From Baekduia sp. (lineage in GTDB: Bacteria > Actinomycetota > Thermoleophilia > Solirubrobacterales > Solirubrobacteraceae), in the NCBI GenBank assembly GCA_040509415.1, contig JBEVLC010000286.1, positions 1 through 63,270 on the forward strand: a stretch of DNA of 63,270 nt, given 5' to 3'. The position numbers and the translations under genes are program-made. Positions 18,840-31,873 of the stretch are shown here, one piece after another. Every line of letters starts with the position of its first letter. Within the stretch, counting starts at the first letter, position 1. The notes below the pieces were generated by a model. The model did not search any database. It saw only the letters and a program-made list of their open reading frames with translations, and was not told where the DNA came from.

Positions 18840-19880
18840 TCACAGCGCGAACGACTCCGGGATCGTCAGCTCTTCGAAGATCCGCACGCAGTAGCGGTCG
18901 GTCATCCCCGCGACGTAGTCGATGATCCGCTGGCCGAGATCGGCCCCGGACACGCCGCCGCCGTCGGGTAGCCGCGACGAGTCGGCGGCGTAGTGGTCGA
19001 AGAGCGTGCGTAGCAGCCGGTCGATCTTCTCGTGCTCGCCGCGCTGGCGCTCGCCGAGGTAGACGCGATCGAACATGAAGCCGCGCAACTCGTCCATCGC
19101 GACGCCCGCCTCGTCACCCTGGACGATCGCGCCGGCCTCGGCCGAGTGCTCGACGAGATCGTGCACCAGCGCGTCGATGCGGTGCGAGCCGGTGTCGCCG
19201 AGCACGGCGATCGCGTCGCGCGGCAGGTCGGCCTCACGCAGCACGCCCGCACGGATCGCGTCGTCGATGTCGTGGTTGATGTAGGCGATGCGATCGACGA
19301 TCCGGACGATCTGGCCCTCCAGCGTCTGCGGTGGCTCGGCACGCCCTGAGTGGCCGAGGATGCCGTCCCGAACGTCGTCTGAGAGGTTCAGCCCCTGGCC
19401 GTCCTTCTCCAGGACGTCGACGACGCGCAGCGAGTGCTCGTAATGGCGGAAGCCCGAGCCGAAGCGCGCCGCCATGCACGCGTCCAGCACCGCCTCGCCG
19501 ATGTGCCCGAACGGCGGATGGCCGAGGTCGTGCCCCAGCCCGATCGCCTCGGTGAGATCCTCGTTGAGCGCGAGCGCCCGCGCGACCGTGCGTGAGACCT
19601 GCGTGACCTCGAGCGTGTGCGTCAGGCGCGTGCGGTAGTGGTCGCCCTCGGGCGAGACGAAGACCTGCGTCTTGTGCTTGAGCCGCCGGAACGCCTTGGA
19701 GTGCACGATGCGGTCGCGATCGCGCTGCAGGGGCGTGCGCAGCCCGCAGTCGGGCTCGTAGACCTGCCGCCGTGCCGGGTAGGAGCGCGCGGCCAGCGGC
19801 GAGAGGTGCTCGTTCTCCCACACTTGCTGGCGTGCGGCGAAGGCCGCAGCGACGCGGCCGGGTGCGCTTGCGACATCCAC
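18840..19880 (-). CDS. dgt: dGTP triphosphohydrolase (HD family)
   Basis: QRDRDRIVHSKAFRRLKHKTQVF, RTRLTH, HDLGHPPFGH, DYVAGMTD. Confidence 0.96.
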   Translation of the reverse strand: MDVASAPGRVAAAFAARQQVWENEHLSPLAARSYPARRQVYEPDCGLRTPLQRDRDRIVHSKAFRRLKHKTQVFVSPEGDHYRTRLTHTLEVTQVSRTVARALALNEDLTEAIGLGHDLGHPPFGHIGEAVLDACMAARFGSGFRHYEHSLRVVDVLEKDGQGLNLSDDVRDGILGHSGRAEPPQTLEGQIVRIVDRIAYINHDIDDAIRAGVLREADLPRDAIAVLGDTGSHRIDALVHDLVEHSAEAGAIVQGDEAGVAMDELRGFMFDRVYLGERQRGEHEKIDRLLRTLFDHYAADSSRLPDGGGVSGADLGQRIIDYVAGMTDRYCVRIFEELTIPESFAL

Positions 19881-19916
19881 GCCTGCGAGTTTCGCACGCG
19901 GCGGCCCGCGCCATCG

Positions 19917-22562
19917 TCACCGCGTCTTGAGACCCGGATCGGTGTCGCGCACCGCCGCTTGGGCGGCCGCCACGCGCGCGACCGGCACGCGGTAGGGCGA
20001 GCAGGAGACGTAGTCGATGCCGGAGTGATGGAAGAAGTCGATCGAGTCCGGATCGCCACCGTGCTCGCCACAGACGCCGAGCTTCAACGACGGCTTGGTC
20101 TTGCGCCCCAGCCACGCACCCATCCGGACCAGCTGGCCGACGCCCGGGCTGTCGAGCGTCTCGAACGGCGAGCGGTCGAAGACCTTCATCTCGATGTAGC
20201 GGGCGAGGATCCGGCCCTCGATGTCATCGCGCGAGAACCCCAACGCCGTCTGCGTCAGGTCGTTGGTGCCGAAGGAGAAGAAGTCGGCCTCGTGGGCGAT
20301 CTCGTCGGCGCGCAGGCACGCACGCGGCAGCTCGATCATCGTCCCGAGCGAGTAGTCGCTCCCCCGCTCCAGCCCGTGCGACGCTCCGACGCGCTCGATC
20401 AGCCCGCGCAGCAGCTCCAGCTCGCGCCGGTAGTCGACCAAGGGCACCATGATCTCCACGTGGACGTCGACCCCGGCGCCACGCGAGGCGACCAAGGCCT
20501 GGAAGATCGCCTCGACCTGCATCTCGTAGATCGCCGGGTAGAGGATCCCGAGCCGGACGCCGCGGGTGCCGAGCATCGGGTTGACCTCCTGCAGCGCGCG
20601 CACGCGCTCGAAGGTCCGCTCCAGCGACGCGAGCTCGCCGGAGCGCTCCGCCCGCGCCCGCTCCAGCTGGGACTCGACGTCGTGCAGCTTGGGCAGGAAC
20701 TCGTGCAGCGGCGGGTCCAGCAGCCGGATCGTGACCGGCAGCCCGTCCATCGCCGCGAAGATCCCCTCGAAGTCGGCCTGCTGCAACGGCAGCAGCTCGG
20801 CGAGCCCGGCGCGGCGCTCCTCGTCGGAGCTCGCCAGGATCACCTCCACCATCTTGGCGTGGCGGTCCTCGCCGAAGAACATGTGCTCGGTCCGGCACAG
20901 GCCGATGCCCTGGGCGCCGAACTCGCGGGCCTTGGCGGCATCCTCGGGCGTGTCGGCGTTGGTGCGCACGTCGAGGCGGCGCAACTCGTCGGCCCAGGCC
21001 AAGATGGTGCGGAACTCGTCGCTCATCACCGGGTCGATCAACACCACGTCGTCGGTGGTCACCGAGCCGGTCGTGCCGTCGATGGCGATCAGGTCGCCTT
21101 CTCGCAGCACCACCTCGCCGCCGAGCTTGACCTCGCCCTTGTGGACGTCGATCTCCAGCGAGCCGGCGCCCGTGACGGCCGGAATGCCCATGCCGCGCGC
21201 GACCAGCGCGGCGTGCGACGCCTTGCCGCCCTCGGAGGTCAGCACCCCTTGGGCCGCATGGAAGCCCGCGACGTCCTCGGCCTCGGTGAACTGGCGCACC
21301 AGCACCACCTCGCGCCCTGCGGCCGCCGCGGCGACCGCGTCGTCGGCGAAGAAGACGATCGCGCCCTTGGCCGCGCCCGGCGACGCGGCGACGCCGCGGG
21401 CGAGCACCTCGTAGGAGGCGTCCGGGTCAAAGGTCGGGTGCAGCAGCGCGTCGAGCTTCTCGGCCTCGATCGTCGCCAGCGCCCCGGCCTTGTCGAGCAA
21501 CCCCTCGCCGACAGCGTCGACCGCGAAGCGCACGGCCGCTTGAGCCGGGCGCTTGGCGTTGCGCGTCTGCAACATGTACAGCTTGCCCTCTTCCACGGTG
21601 AACTCCGTGTCCTGCATGTCGCCGTAGTGCTGCTCGAGCTGGCGCAAGATGGAGAACAGCTGCTCGTGCACCTCGGGCTGCCACGCCTTCAGCTCCCGGA
21701 TGTCGCGCGGCGTGCGGACGCCGCTGACCACGTCCTCGCCTTGGGCGTTGGCCAGGAAGTCGCCTGACGGCTCGGGCGCGCCGGTGACCTCGTCACGCGA
21801 GAACGCGACGCCCGACCCCGACGTCTCCCCCTTGTTGCCGAAGACCATCTGCTGGACGTTGACCGCCGTGCCCCAGTCGTCGGGGATGTGGTTGATGCGG
21901 CGGTACTCGATCGCCCGCTTGCCGGTCCAGGAGTCGAAGACCGCCCGGATCGCGCCCGCCAGCTGCTGCTGTGGATCGGCCGGGAAGTCGTAGAAGGCCT
22001 TGAACGTCGCGGTCAGCTCGCGCAGCGCGTCGACGTCCAGCTCGGTGTCCAGCGACACCCCGCGATCCTGCTTGATGGCCTTGATCGCGTCCTCGAAGCG
22101 CTCGCCCTCGATGCCCACCACGACGTTGCCGTACATCTGCACGAAGCGCCTGTAGGAGTCCCACGCGAAGCGCTCGTTGCCGGTCTTCTGCGCCAGGGCG
22201 ACGACCGAGTCGTCGTTCATCCCCAGATTCAAGACGGTGTCCATCATCCCCGGCATCGACTCGCGCGCGCCGGAGCGCACCGAGACCAGCAGCGGATCAG
22301 CCGCATCGCCGAGCTTCTTGCCGGCGTGCTGCTCCAGAGCGTGCAAGGCCGTCGCGACCTGCTCGTCAAGCCCCTCGGGGAACGTCTGCCCGGCGTTCAT
22401 GTAGGCCACGCACGCCTCGGTCGTGATCGTGAACCCGGCGGGCACGCGCTCGGCGCCCAGCACCCGCGTCATCTCCGCGACGTTGGCCCCCTTGCCACCC
22501 AGCAGGTCGCGCATCTCGCGCGAGCCCTCGGAGAACTCATACACCCACTTGGCGGCGCTCAT
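19917..22562 (-). CDS. ppdK: Pyruvate, phosphate dikinase
   Basis: LLGGKGAN, SMPGMMDT, SHAALVARG, FFSFGTNDLTQ, CGEHGG. Confidence 0.98.
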   Translation of the reverse strand: MSAAKWVYEFSEGSREMRDLLGGKGANVAEMTRVLGAERVPAGFTITTEACVAYMNAGQTFPEGLDEQVATALHALEQHAGKKLGDAADPLLVSVRSGARESMPGMMDTVLNLGMNDDSVVALAQKTGNERFAWDSYRRFVQMYGNVVVGIEGERFEDAIKAIKQDRGVSLDTELDVDALRELTATFKAFYDFPADPQQQLAGAIRAVFDSWTGKRAIEYRRINHIPDDWGTAVNVQQMVFGNKGETSGSGVAFSRDEVTGAPEPSGDFLANAQGEDVVSGVRTPRDIRELKAWQPEVHEQLFSILRQLEQHYGDMQDTEFTVEEGKLYMLQTRNAKRPAQAAVRFAVDAVGEGLLDKAGALATIEAEKLDALLHPTFDPDASYEVLARGVAASPGAAKGAIVFFADDAVAAAAAGREVVLVRQFTEAEDVAGFHAAQGVLTSEGGKASHAALVARGMGIPAVTGAGSLEIDVHKGEVKLGGEVVLREGDLIAIDGTTGSVTTDDVVLIDPVMSDEFRTILAWADELRRLDVRTNADTPEDAAKAREFGAQGIGLCRTEHMFFGEDRHAKMVEVILASSDEERRAGLAELLPLQQADFEGIFAAMDGLPVTIRLLDPPLHEFLPKLHDVESQLERARAERSGELASLERTFERVRALQEVNPMLGTRGVRLGILYPAIYEMQVEAIFQALVASRGAGVDVHVEIMVPLVDYRRELELLRGLIERVGASHGLERGSDYSLGTMIELPRACLRADEIAHEADFFSFGTNDLTQTALGFSRDDIEGRILARYIEMKVFDRSPFETLDSPGVGQLVRMGAWLGRKTKPSLKLGVCGEHGGDPDSIDFFHHSGIDYVSCSPYRVPVARVAAAQAAVRDTDPGLKTR

Positions 22563-22573
22563 GGCGGGCAACC

Positions 22574-23296
22574 CTATCCGTGCGACGCGGCGCGCAAACG
22601 GACGTGCGCGTGATGCTCAACCGTCTCGGCTATTGCCCGCTCGGCCTGGCGCAGCGCCCGCGGCGTGCCCTGCGGCGCATCGGCCAGCGGACGCGCCAGC
22701 GCATCGGTGAGGAAGGTGTGTGCCTCGGCCGCCAGCGGGAAGCCACCGCCCTCGCAGGCCGCGCAGACGACACCGCCGGCGGCGCCCGAGAAGCCGACGA
22801 GGTGGTCGCGCTCCCCGCACGCAGCGCACGCCGCCAGCTGCGGAGCGAGCCCGGCGGCAACGAGCAGCTTGAGCCGGAACGCCAACTGGTTGGCATGCCC
22901 GGCATAGGCCGCGTCGCCGTCCAGCAGCGAGAGCTCGTTGCAGAGCAGGTGGAAGACCGGCTCGCTCGGCTCGGCCTCCCCGAACAGCCGGTTGACGGCG
23001 TCGCAGGCGCGCGCCGCCGCTTCCAGCGTCGAACCGCCGTCGCGCAGCCGCGCGTAGCCCTCGACCGTCTCGGCGCTGGTGACCGTCAGCAGGTCTGAGC
23101 GGCCCTCGTGCAACACCAGCCGCAGCCGGAAGAACGGCTCCAGGCGACCGCCGAAGCGGCTGCGCGTCTTGCGCACCCCCTTGGCGATCGCCGAGATCCG
23201 GCCCCGCGTCGGCGTGTAGAGATGGAGGATCCGGTCGGCCTCGCCGTAGCGCATCGAGCGCAGGACGACAGCCTCCGTCTTCAGCGAGCCGCCCAA
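22574..23296 (-). CDS. recO: DNA repair protein RecO
   Basis: TEAVVLRS..YGEADRI, AKGVRKTRSRFGGRLEPF, two CxxC; TTG start after GAGGG. Confidence 0.95.
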   Translation of the reverse strand: MGGSLKTEAVVLRSMRYGEADRILHLYTPTRGRISAIAKGVRKTRSRFGGRLEPFFRLRLVLHEGRSDLLTVTSAETVEGYARLRDGGSTLEAAARACDAVNRLFGEAEPSEPVFHLLCNELSLLDGDAAYAGHANQLAFRLKLLVAAGLAPQLAACAACGERDHLVGFSGAAGGVVCAACEGGGFPLAAEAHTFLTDALARPLADAPQGTPRALRQAERAIAETVEHHAHVRLRAASHG

Positions 23297-23323
23297 AAGA
23301 CCCTCGCTACACTTGATGAAGTA

Positions 23324-23584
23324 ATGGCCGTAGTCACCGTCTACACCACGGACCCGTGCTCGTTCTGCCTCCGCGCCAAGCAACTGCTTGACGCACGCGG
23401 GATCGCGTACGACGAGGTCAACCTGGCGAAGGATCCCGTCGGGCGCACCGAGCTTCTGGAGCGCACCGGCATGATGAGCTTCCCCCAGGTCCTCGTCGGC
23501 GATGAGCTCATCGGCGGGTTCCACGAGACGATCGCTGCGGACCGTTCCGGGCGGCTGGCCGAGTTGCTCAAGGCCGCCGCCTGA
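23324..23584 (+). CDS. Glutaredoxin
   Basis: CSFC, SFPQV and IGGF. Confidence 0.92.
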   Translation: MAVVTVYTTDPCSFCLRAKQLLDARGIAYDEVNLAKDPVGRTELLERTGMMSFPQVLVGDELIGGFHETIAADRSGRLAELLKAAA

Positions 23585-24410
23585 CCCGCGGCCGGGGCTG
23601 GCAGGACTCACACACGTAGGTCCCCCGCCCGGCCGCGACCAGTTTGATCACCGTCGTGCCGCAGGTGTGGCACGGCTCCCCACGCCGCAGGTGCACGAGG
23701 AAGTCGTTCTGAAACGCACCAGCGACGCCGTCCGGGTGGCGGAAGTCATCGATCGTCGAGCCGCCGGCGTCGATGCCCGCCGCCAGGACGAGCTTGACCG
23801 CGTCGACCAGCTCCGTGCACTGCTTGGTGCTGAGCTGGCCGGCCGGTCGCAGCGGATGGATCCGCGCGCGAAACAGCGCCTCGTCGGCGTAGATGTTGCC
23901 CACGCCGGCGATGTGGCGCTGGTCGAGCAGGAACGCCTTGACCGGCGCGCGCCGCCCGCGTGCCAGCGCCTTCAGCCGCGGGCCGGTCAGCTCGTCGCCG
24001 AGCGGTTCGATCCCGAGCTTGCCGTCGAAGAACGCCTCGAGCCCGTCGAGGCCCAGCGCCAGCTCACCGGTGCCGAAACGCCGCGGATCGCAGAAGCGCA
24101 GCTCGTGGCCGTCGTCGAGCGTGAAGATCACGCGCTGATACGGCGTGTCGGGCGCGGGGTCGAGCAGCAGGTTGCCGGTCATCCGCAGGTGGACGAGCAG
24201 GAAGACCTCGTCGGCCAGCTCGAAGATGAAGTACTTGCCGCGACGGCTCAGCCGCTCGACGCGCCGGCCCTGGACCGCGTCGATGAGCTCGGCCGGCGCG
24301 CGCGGCAGCGACCAGCGCGCGTCGAGGATCTCGACGTGCTGGAGCACCCGCCCCTCGACGTGGGGCGCAAGCTGGCGACGGATCGTCTCGACCTCGGGAA
24401 GCTCGGGCAT
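23568..24410 (-). CDS. mutM: Formamidopyrimidine-DNA glycosylase
   Basis: MPELPEVE, RRGKY, HLRMTG, GVGNIYADE, C-terminal Zn finger. Confidence 0.98.
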   Translation of the reverse strand: MPELPEVETIRRQLAPHVEGRVLQHVEILDARWSLPRAPAELIDAVQGRRVERLSRRGKYFIFELADEVFLLVHLRMTGNLLLDPAPDTPYQRVIFTLDDGHELRFCDPRRFGTGELALGLDGLEAFFDGKLGIEPLGDELTGPRLKALARGRRAPVKAFLLDQRHIAGVGNIYADEALFRARIHPLRPAGQLSTKQCTELVDAVKLVLAAGIDAGGSTIDDFRHPDGVAGAFQNDFLVHLRRGEPCHTCGTTVIKLVAAGRGTYVCESCQPRPRVRRRP

Positions 24411-24443
24411 CGCTGCCCTGGAGGGTAGGCGGCGCGGCGGCGC

Positions 24444-25598
24444 TTAAAGGAACGGCACGCCGGGCAACGACTCGATCTCGCGACCGGTCAGCCAGGCGAG
24501 GACCGTCGCGCCGACGTCGGCCATCGGGCCGTCGTGGCGGTGACCGTCGGAGTCCTGGGTGAGGGCGATCAGCGGCACGTACTCGCGCGTGTGGTCGCTG
24601 TGGTCGGTGTCGGGGTCGACGCCGTGGTCGGCGGTGAGGATCAGGAGGTCGTCGGGGCCGAGCAGGGTCAGCCAGCCGCCGACGGCGGTGTCGATCTCGC
24701 GCAGTGCGGCGTGGAAGCCCTCGACGTCCTTGCGGTGCCCGTAGAGCTGGTCGGTCTCGACCAGGTTGGTGAAGATCAGGCCGTGGTCGAGCTCGGCCAG
24801 CAGCGCGCCGGTCGCCTCCAGGGCCTGCGTGTTGGTCTTGCCCTTGTGGGCCTGGTCGATCCCGTGGCCGGCGAAGAGGTCGTGCACCTTGCCGACCGAG
24901 TGGACGGCCACGCCGTCTGCGTGCAGCTCGTCGAGATAGGTGCGCGACGGCGGATCGACGGAGAAGTCCTTGCGCCCGGTCGTGCGCTCGAAGTGGCCGG
25001 GCGTTCCGGTGAACGGCCGGGCGATGATGCGGCCAACGGCGTCCGGGCCGACCATCACGGTGCGGATCTGGGCGCAGAGATCGTGCAGCTCGATCTCGGG
25101 CACGACATCCTCATGCGCGGCGATCTGCAGGACCGAGTCGGCCGAGGTGTAGAGGATCAGCTCACCCGTCAGCAGGTGGTGCTCCCCGAAATCATCGATG
25201 ACCGCGGTCCCGCTGTAGGGCTTGTTGCAGCAGAACTCCTGGCCGGTGGCTTGCTCCAGGCGCGCCACGATCTCCGGCGGAAAGCCGTCCGGATAGGTGG
25301 GCAGCGGCGCGGGCGTCACGGCCCCCATCAACTCCCAGTGGCCGGTGGTCGAGTCCTTGCCCGGGCCCAGCGGATGGAGACGACCGTGGACGACGGGCGC
25401 CGCGGAGGGCGGCACACCCAGGATGCTGGTGATGTTGCCCAGCCCGAGGTGGCCGAGCGTCGGCAGCTTCAGTCCGCCGACGCGCTGGGCGACGTGCGGG
25501 AGCGTGTCGGTGCCGGCGTCGCCGTAGTCGGCGGCATCCGGGAGGGCGCCAACGCCGCAGGCGTCGAGGACGACGACGGCGGCCCGGCGCCGGCTCAC
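24444..25598 (-). CDS. deoB: Phosphopentomutase
   Basis: VLDACGVGALPDA, GKDSTTGHWE, YTSADSV, ADHG.DP, DHTREYVP. Confidence 0.96.
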   Translation of the reverse strand: MSRRRAAVVVLDACGVGALPDAADYGDAGTDTLPHVAQRVGGLKLPTLGHLGLGNITSILGVPPSAAPVVHGRLHPLGPGKDSTTGHWELMGAVTPAPLPTYPDGFPPEIVARLEQATGQEFCCNKPYSGTAVIDDFGEHHLLTGELILYTSADSVLQIAAHEDVVPEIELHDLCAQIRTVMVGPDAVGRIIARPFTGTPGHFERTTGRKDFSVDPPSRTYLDELHADGVAVHSVGKVHDLFAGHGIDQAHKGKTNTQALEATGALLAELDHGLIFTNLVETDQLYGHRKDVEGFHAALREIDTAVGGWLTLLGPDDLLILTADHGVDPDTDHSDHTREYVPLIALTQDSDGHRHDGPMADVGATVLAWLTGREIESLPGVPFL

Positions 25599-26152
25599 TG
25601 CGGCTCGGAGACGTGCAGCGACCGCAGCAGCGGCCGGAAGACGTCCGCGTCGACCTTGCGGAAGCTGTCGGCGTCCGCGTAGGCGTCGACCACAATCTCG
25701 GCCCCGTTGGCGTAGATGTGGGTCGAGCGCACGGTGCGCGGCTGACCGGCGATGTGCTGGCGCGCGCGGATCTGGACGGCGGGCTCGCCGGCGATCGTCG
25801 TCGCGGCGGTCTTGATCTGCTCGAAGGTGACGTCGCGATTGGAGGAGGCCTTGATCAGCGCGTCGCGTGCGGCCTGCAGCTCCAGCTTGCTCTTGGGGAG
25901 CTTCTCGCCGCGCGGGTAGCGCCAGACGGCGACCGTCGCCTGCCCGGCCTGCGCGGTGGCGACGAGGTGGCCCGTGCCTTGGTCGACCGACCAGTCGGCG
26001 GGCGGCGTGAAGCTGATGCCCTGGGCCGGGAAGCTCCCGGACTCGGCGGCGCTCGTGGTGTTCGTCTTGGTGGACGAGTCGCTGCCGCAACCGGCAGCGG
26101 CCAGCGCCGCGATTGCCGCGGCCGTCAGGGCAAGGGAAGCTGGGCGACGCAT
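25595..26152 (-). CDS. Lipoprotein of unknown function
   Basis: Lipobox AAGC; F..P..W strand pattern; its stop overlaps the deoB start. Confidence 0.7.
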   Translation of the reverse strand: MRRPASLALTAAAIAALAAAGCGSDSSTKTNTTSAAESGSFPAQGISFTPPADWSVDQGTGHLVATAQAGQATVAVWRYPRGEKLPKSKLELQAARDALIKASSNRDVTFEQIKTAATTIAGEPAVQIRARQHIAGQPRTVRSTHIYANGAEIVVDAYADADSFRKVDADVFRPLLRSLHVSEPQ

Positions 26153-26193
26153 GGACAGACCATCGTGACACGCCGTGGTGTCGGCATGGACGT

Positions 26194-27153
26194 TCATCCG
26201 GCCGCGCCGCCGCCCCCGCCTGCTCGCGGGTGGGCGCTGAAGTAGACGTCCTTCAGCCGCTCGGCGGAGAGGTGGGTGTAGATCTGGGTCGTGGCGATGT
26301 CGGCGTGGCCGAGCATCTCCTGCACCGCGCGCAGGTCGCAGCCGCCGGCGAGCAAGTGCGTCGCGAAGGTGTGGCGCAGCGTGTGCGGGCTCATGCGGTC
26401 CTCCAGCCCGACGGAGCGCGCGTGGCGCTGGACGATCTTGTAGAGGCCCTGACGGGTGAGGCCCACGCCGCGGCGGTTGACGAAGAGGTGGCGGTCGTCG
26501 GTGGCGGCGGTGAGCATCTGGCGCCCGCGCTCCAGGTAGAGCCGCACGGCTGTGATCGCCTCGCGGCCGACGGGGACCAGGCGCTCCTTGGAGCCCTTGC
26601 CGCGTGCGCGCAGGACGCCGGCCTTGAGGTCGACGTCGGTGACTTCGAGGTCGATCGCCTCGCTGGCGCGCAGGCCGCAGGCGTACATGAGCTCCAGCAG
26701 CGCACGGTCGCGCAGGGCGCCGGGATCGGTGCCCTTGGGCGCGCGCAGCAGGCGGTCGACGTCGCCGCGCGACAGCACCTGCGGCAGCTTCTGGCTCTTG
26801 CGCGGCGCGCGAAGGTCGGCCGTCGGGTCGTGCTCCAGCGCGCCCTCGCGGCGCAGGTGACGGTAGAAGGAGCGCAGGCACGCGGCCTTGCGCTGCAGGG
26901 TCGCCGGCCGGGCGGCCGGGCGCTCGTCAGTCCCGGCGGCGAGCGCGTCGAGGAAGCCGGCGAGGTCGGAGTGCTGAGCGACGAGGAGGTCGGTCTCCGT
27001 CTCACGCAGATAGGCGCCGAACTGCAGCAGGTCGCTGCGGTAGGCATCCAAGGTGTTGCGCGACAGGCCACGCTCGAACTCGAGGTAGGCGAGGAAGTCG
27101 AGCACGTGGTGCTCGAGCGCGCGGGTATGCGGTGGTGCCGGGGCAACAGCCAT
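26194..27153 (-). CDS. xerD: Site-specific tyrosine recombinase XerD
   Basis: ERGLSRNTLDAY, RDRALLELMYACGLRASE, GKGSKER, HTLRHTFATH, LGHADIATTQIY. Confidence 0.93.
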   Translation of the reverse strand: MAVAPAPPHTRALEHHVLDFLAYLEFERGLSRNTLDAYRSDLLQFGAYLRETETDLLVAQHSDLAGFLDALAAGTDERPAARPATLQRKAACLRSFYRHLRREGALEHDPTADLRAPRKSQKLPQVLSRGDVDRLLRAPKGTDPGALRDRALLELMYACGLRASEAIDLEVTDVDLKAGVLRARGKGSKERLVPVGREAITAVRLYLERGRQMLTAATDDRHLFVNRRGVGLTRQGLYKIVQRHARSVGLEDRMSPHTLRHTFATHLLAGGCDLRAVQEMLGHADIATTQIYTHLSAERLKDVYFSAHPRAGGGGGAAG

Positions 27154-27165
27154 GCCACGTGGTTC

Positions 27166-27283
27166 GGGGCCAGACGGCCCGGTCCTCGCCGTGCAAGGCG
27201 ATTCCCGGACCGTCGCGGTTCCGTTGCAGGTGGCGAGGCCTGATCCCGCAGGCCGTTGCAGTTTCGCTTTGGGGTCTGGCCCC
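27166..27283. repeat. 10-bp inverted repeat pair enclosing internal repeats, REP-like
   Basis: GGGGCCAGAC (27166) / GTCTGGCCCC (27274); CCGTTGCAG twice inside. Confidence 0.4.
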
Positions 27284-27294
27284 TATGTGCACGG

Positions 27295-27690
27295 TTACTG
27301 CAAGAAGCCGGCGAGGTCGGTCTGGCCCGGTAGGCCGGCGACCTTCTTGGTGGCCTTGGAGGCGACGCGGTACTCGATCGCGCCCGGCGAGATCCGGAAC
27401 GTGCGCGCCTTCTTGGTCAGCACGTAGTGAGCGGTCTTGCCGTTCTTGGTCAGTTCGAACGAGCCGATGCACGCGCCTTTGTCGTTGACGTGGGCGACCG
27501 GCTTGCAGCTGATCTTGATGTTGATGGCCTTGGTGCCGTCACCTTCGAGGCGGGCGACGTCGCGGATCCCCTTCTTGAAGGCCTGGTTGGCCTGCGGGTT
27601 CTTGACGGCGGCCTGGGCGGCGGTCGTGGCAACGGTGGGTGCGACGACCGAGACGGCCAGGGCGAGCGGGAGGAGCTTCGAGCGGATCAT
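27295..27690 (-). CDS. Small secreted hypothetical protein with two Cys
   Basis: Signal peptide ending AQA; strong codon bias. Confidence 0.7.
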   Translation of the reverse strand: MIRSKLLPLALAVSVVAPTVATTAAQAAVKNPQANQAFKKGIRDVARLEGDGTKAINIKISCKPVAHVNDKGACIGSFELTKNGKTAHYVLTKKARTFRISPGAIEYRVASKATKKVAGLPGQTDLAGFLQ

Positions 27691-27765
27691 GCCTTCGGAA
27701 CGCGACCGCCGACACGAAGGTCACGACCCGCGACCGAGGTGTGGTGGTACCCGTACCCGCGGGGA

Positions 27766-28313
27766 TCAGCGCGGCGTACGCAGGCGCTCGAGCAGCAGCA
27801 GCCCGATCAGCGTCTTGGAGTCGCTGACGGCATCGATCGCGCCGGCGAGGTCGCTCAGCGGCCAGCGGACGATCTCGATGCGCTCGTCTTCGCCGGAGTC
27901 GTGGTCGCCGATCGCCTCGGTCAGCTCCTGTGCGAGGAAGAGGTGGACGACCTCGTCGGTGAAGCCGACCGAGGAGCGGTAGGCCTTCAGGGGTGTCCAG
28001 CGCGCGGCCTGCAGGCCGATCTCCTCGGCGAGCTCGCGCTGAGCGGACTCCAGCGGCGTCTCGCCGTCCTGGTCCAGGCGGCCGGCGGGAACCTCGAGGC
28101 TGTCGGGGTCGTTGACGGCCTCGCGCGGCTGGCGCACCAGCCAGACGTGCTCGTCGTCGATCGCGACGATCGCCGCCGCGCCGGTGGTGCGGACGGTCTC
28201 GCGGTCGGCGGTCTTGCCGTCGGCGTAGCGGTACGTGTCGTCGGTGACGGTGATGATCCGGCCGGCGAAGCGGGTCTCTGAACCGATGCGCTCGAAGGTG
28301 CGGTCGTCGTGGC

Positions 28314-28317
<4 letters not shown>
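27766..28317 (-). CDS. NUDIX hydrolase (ADP-ribose pyrophosphatase-like)
   Basis: EVPAGRLD...AQRELAEEIG NUDIX box; DSKT. Confidence 0.92.

Positions 28318-31873
<3,556 letters not shown>

Noticed and set aside
26194-27153. Tyrosine recombinase as a prophage/ICE integrase
   Set aside because: XerD-type sequence in its usual context near NUDIX; no att sites or phage genes.
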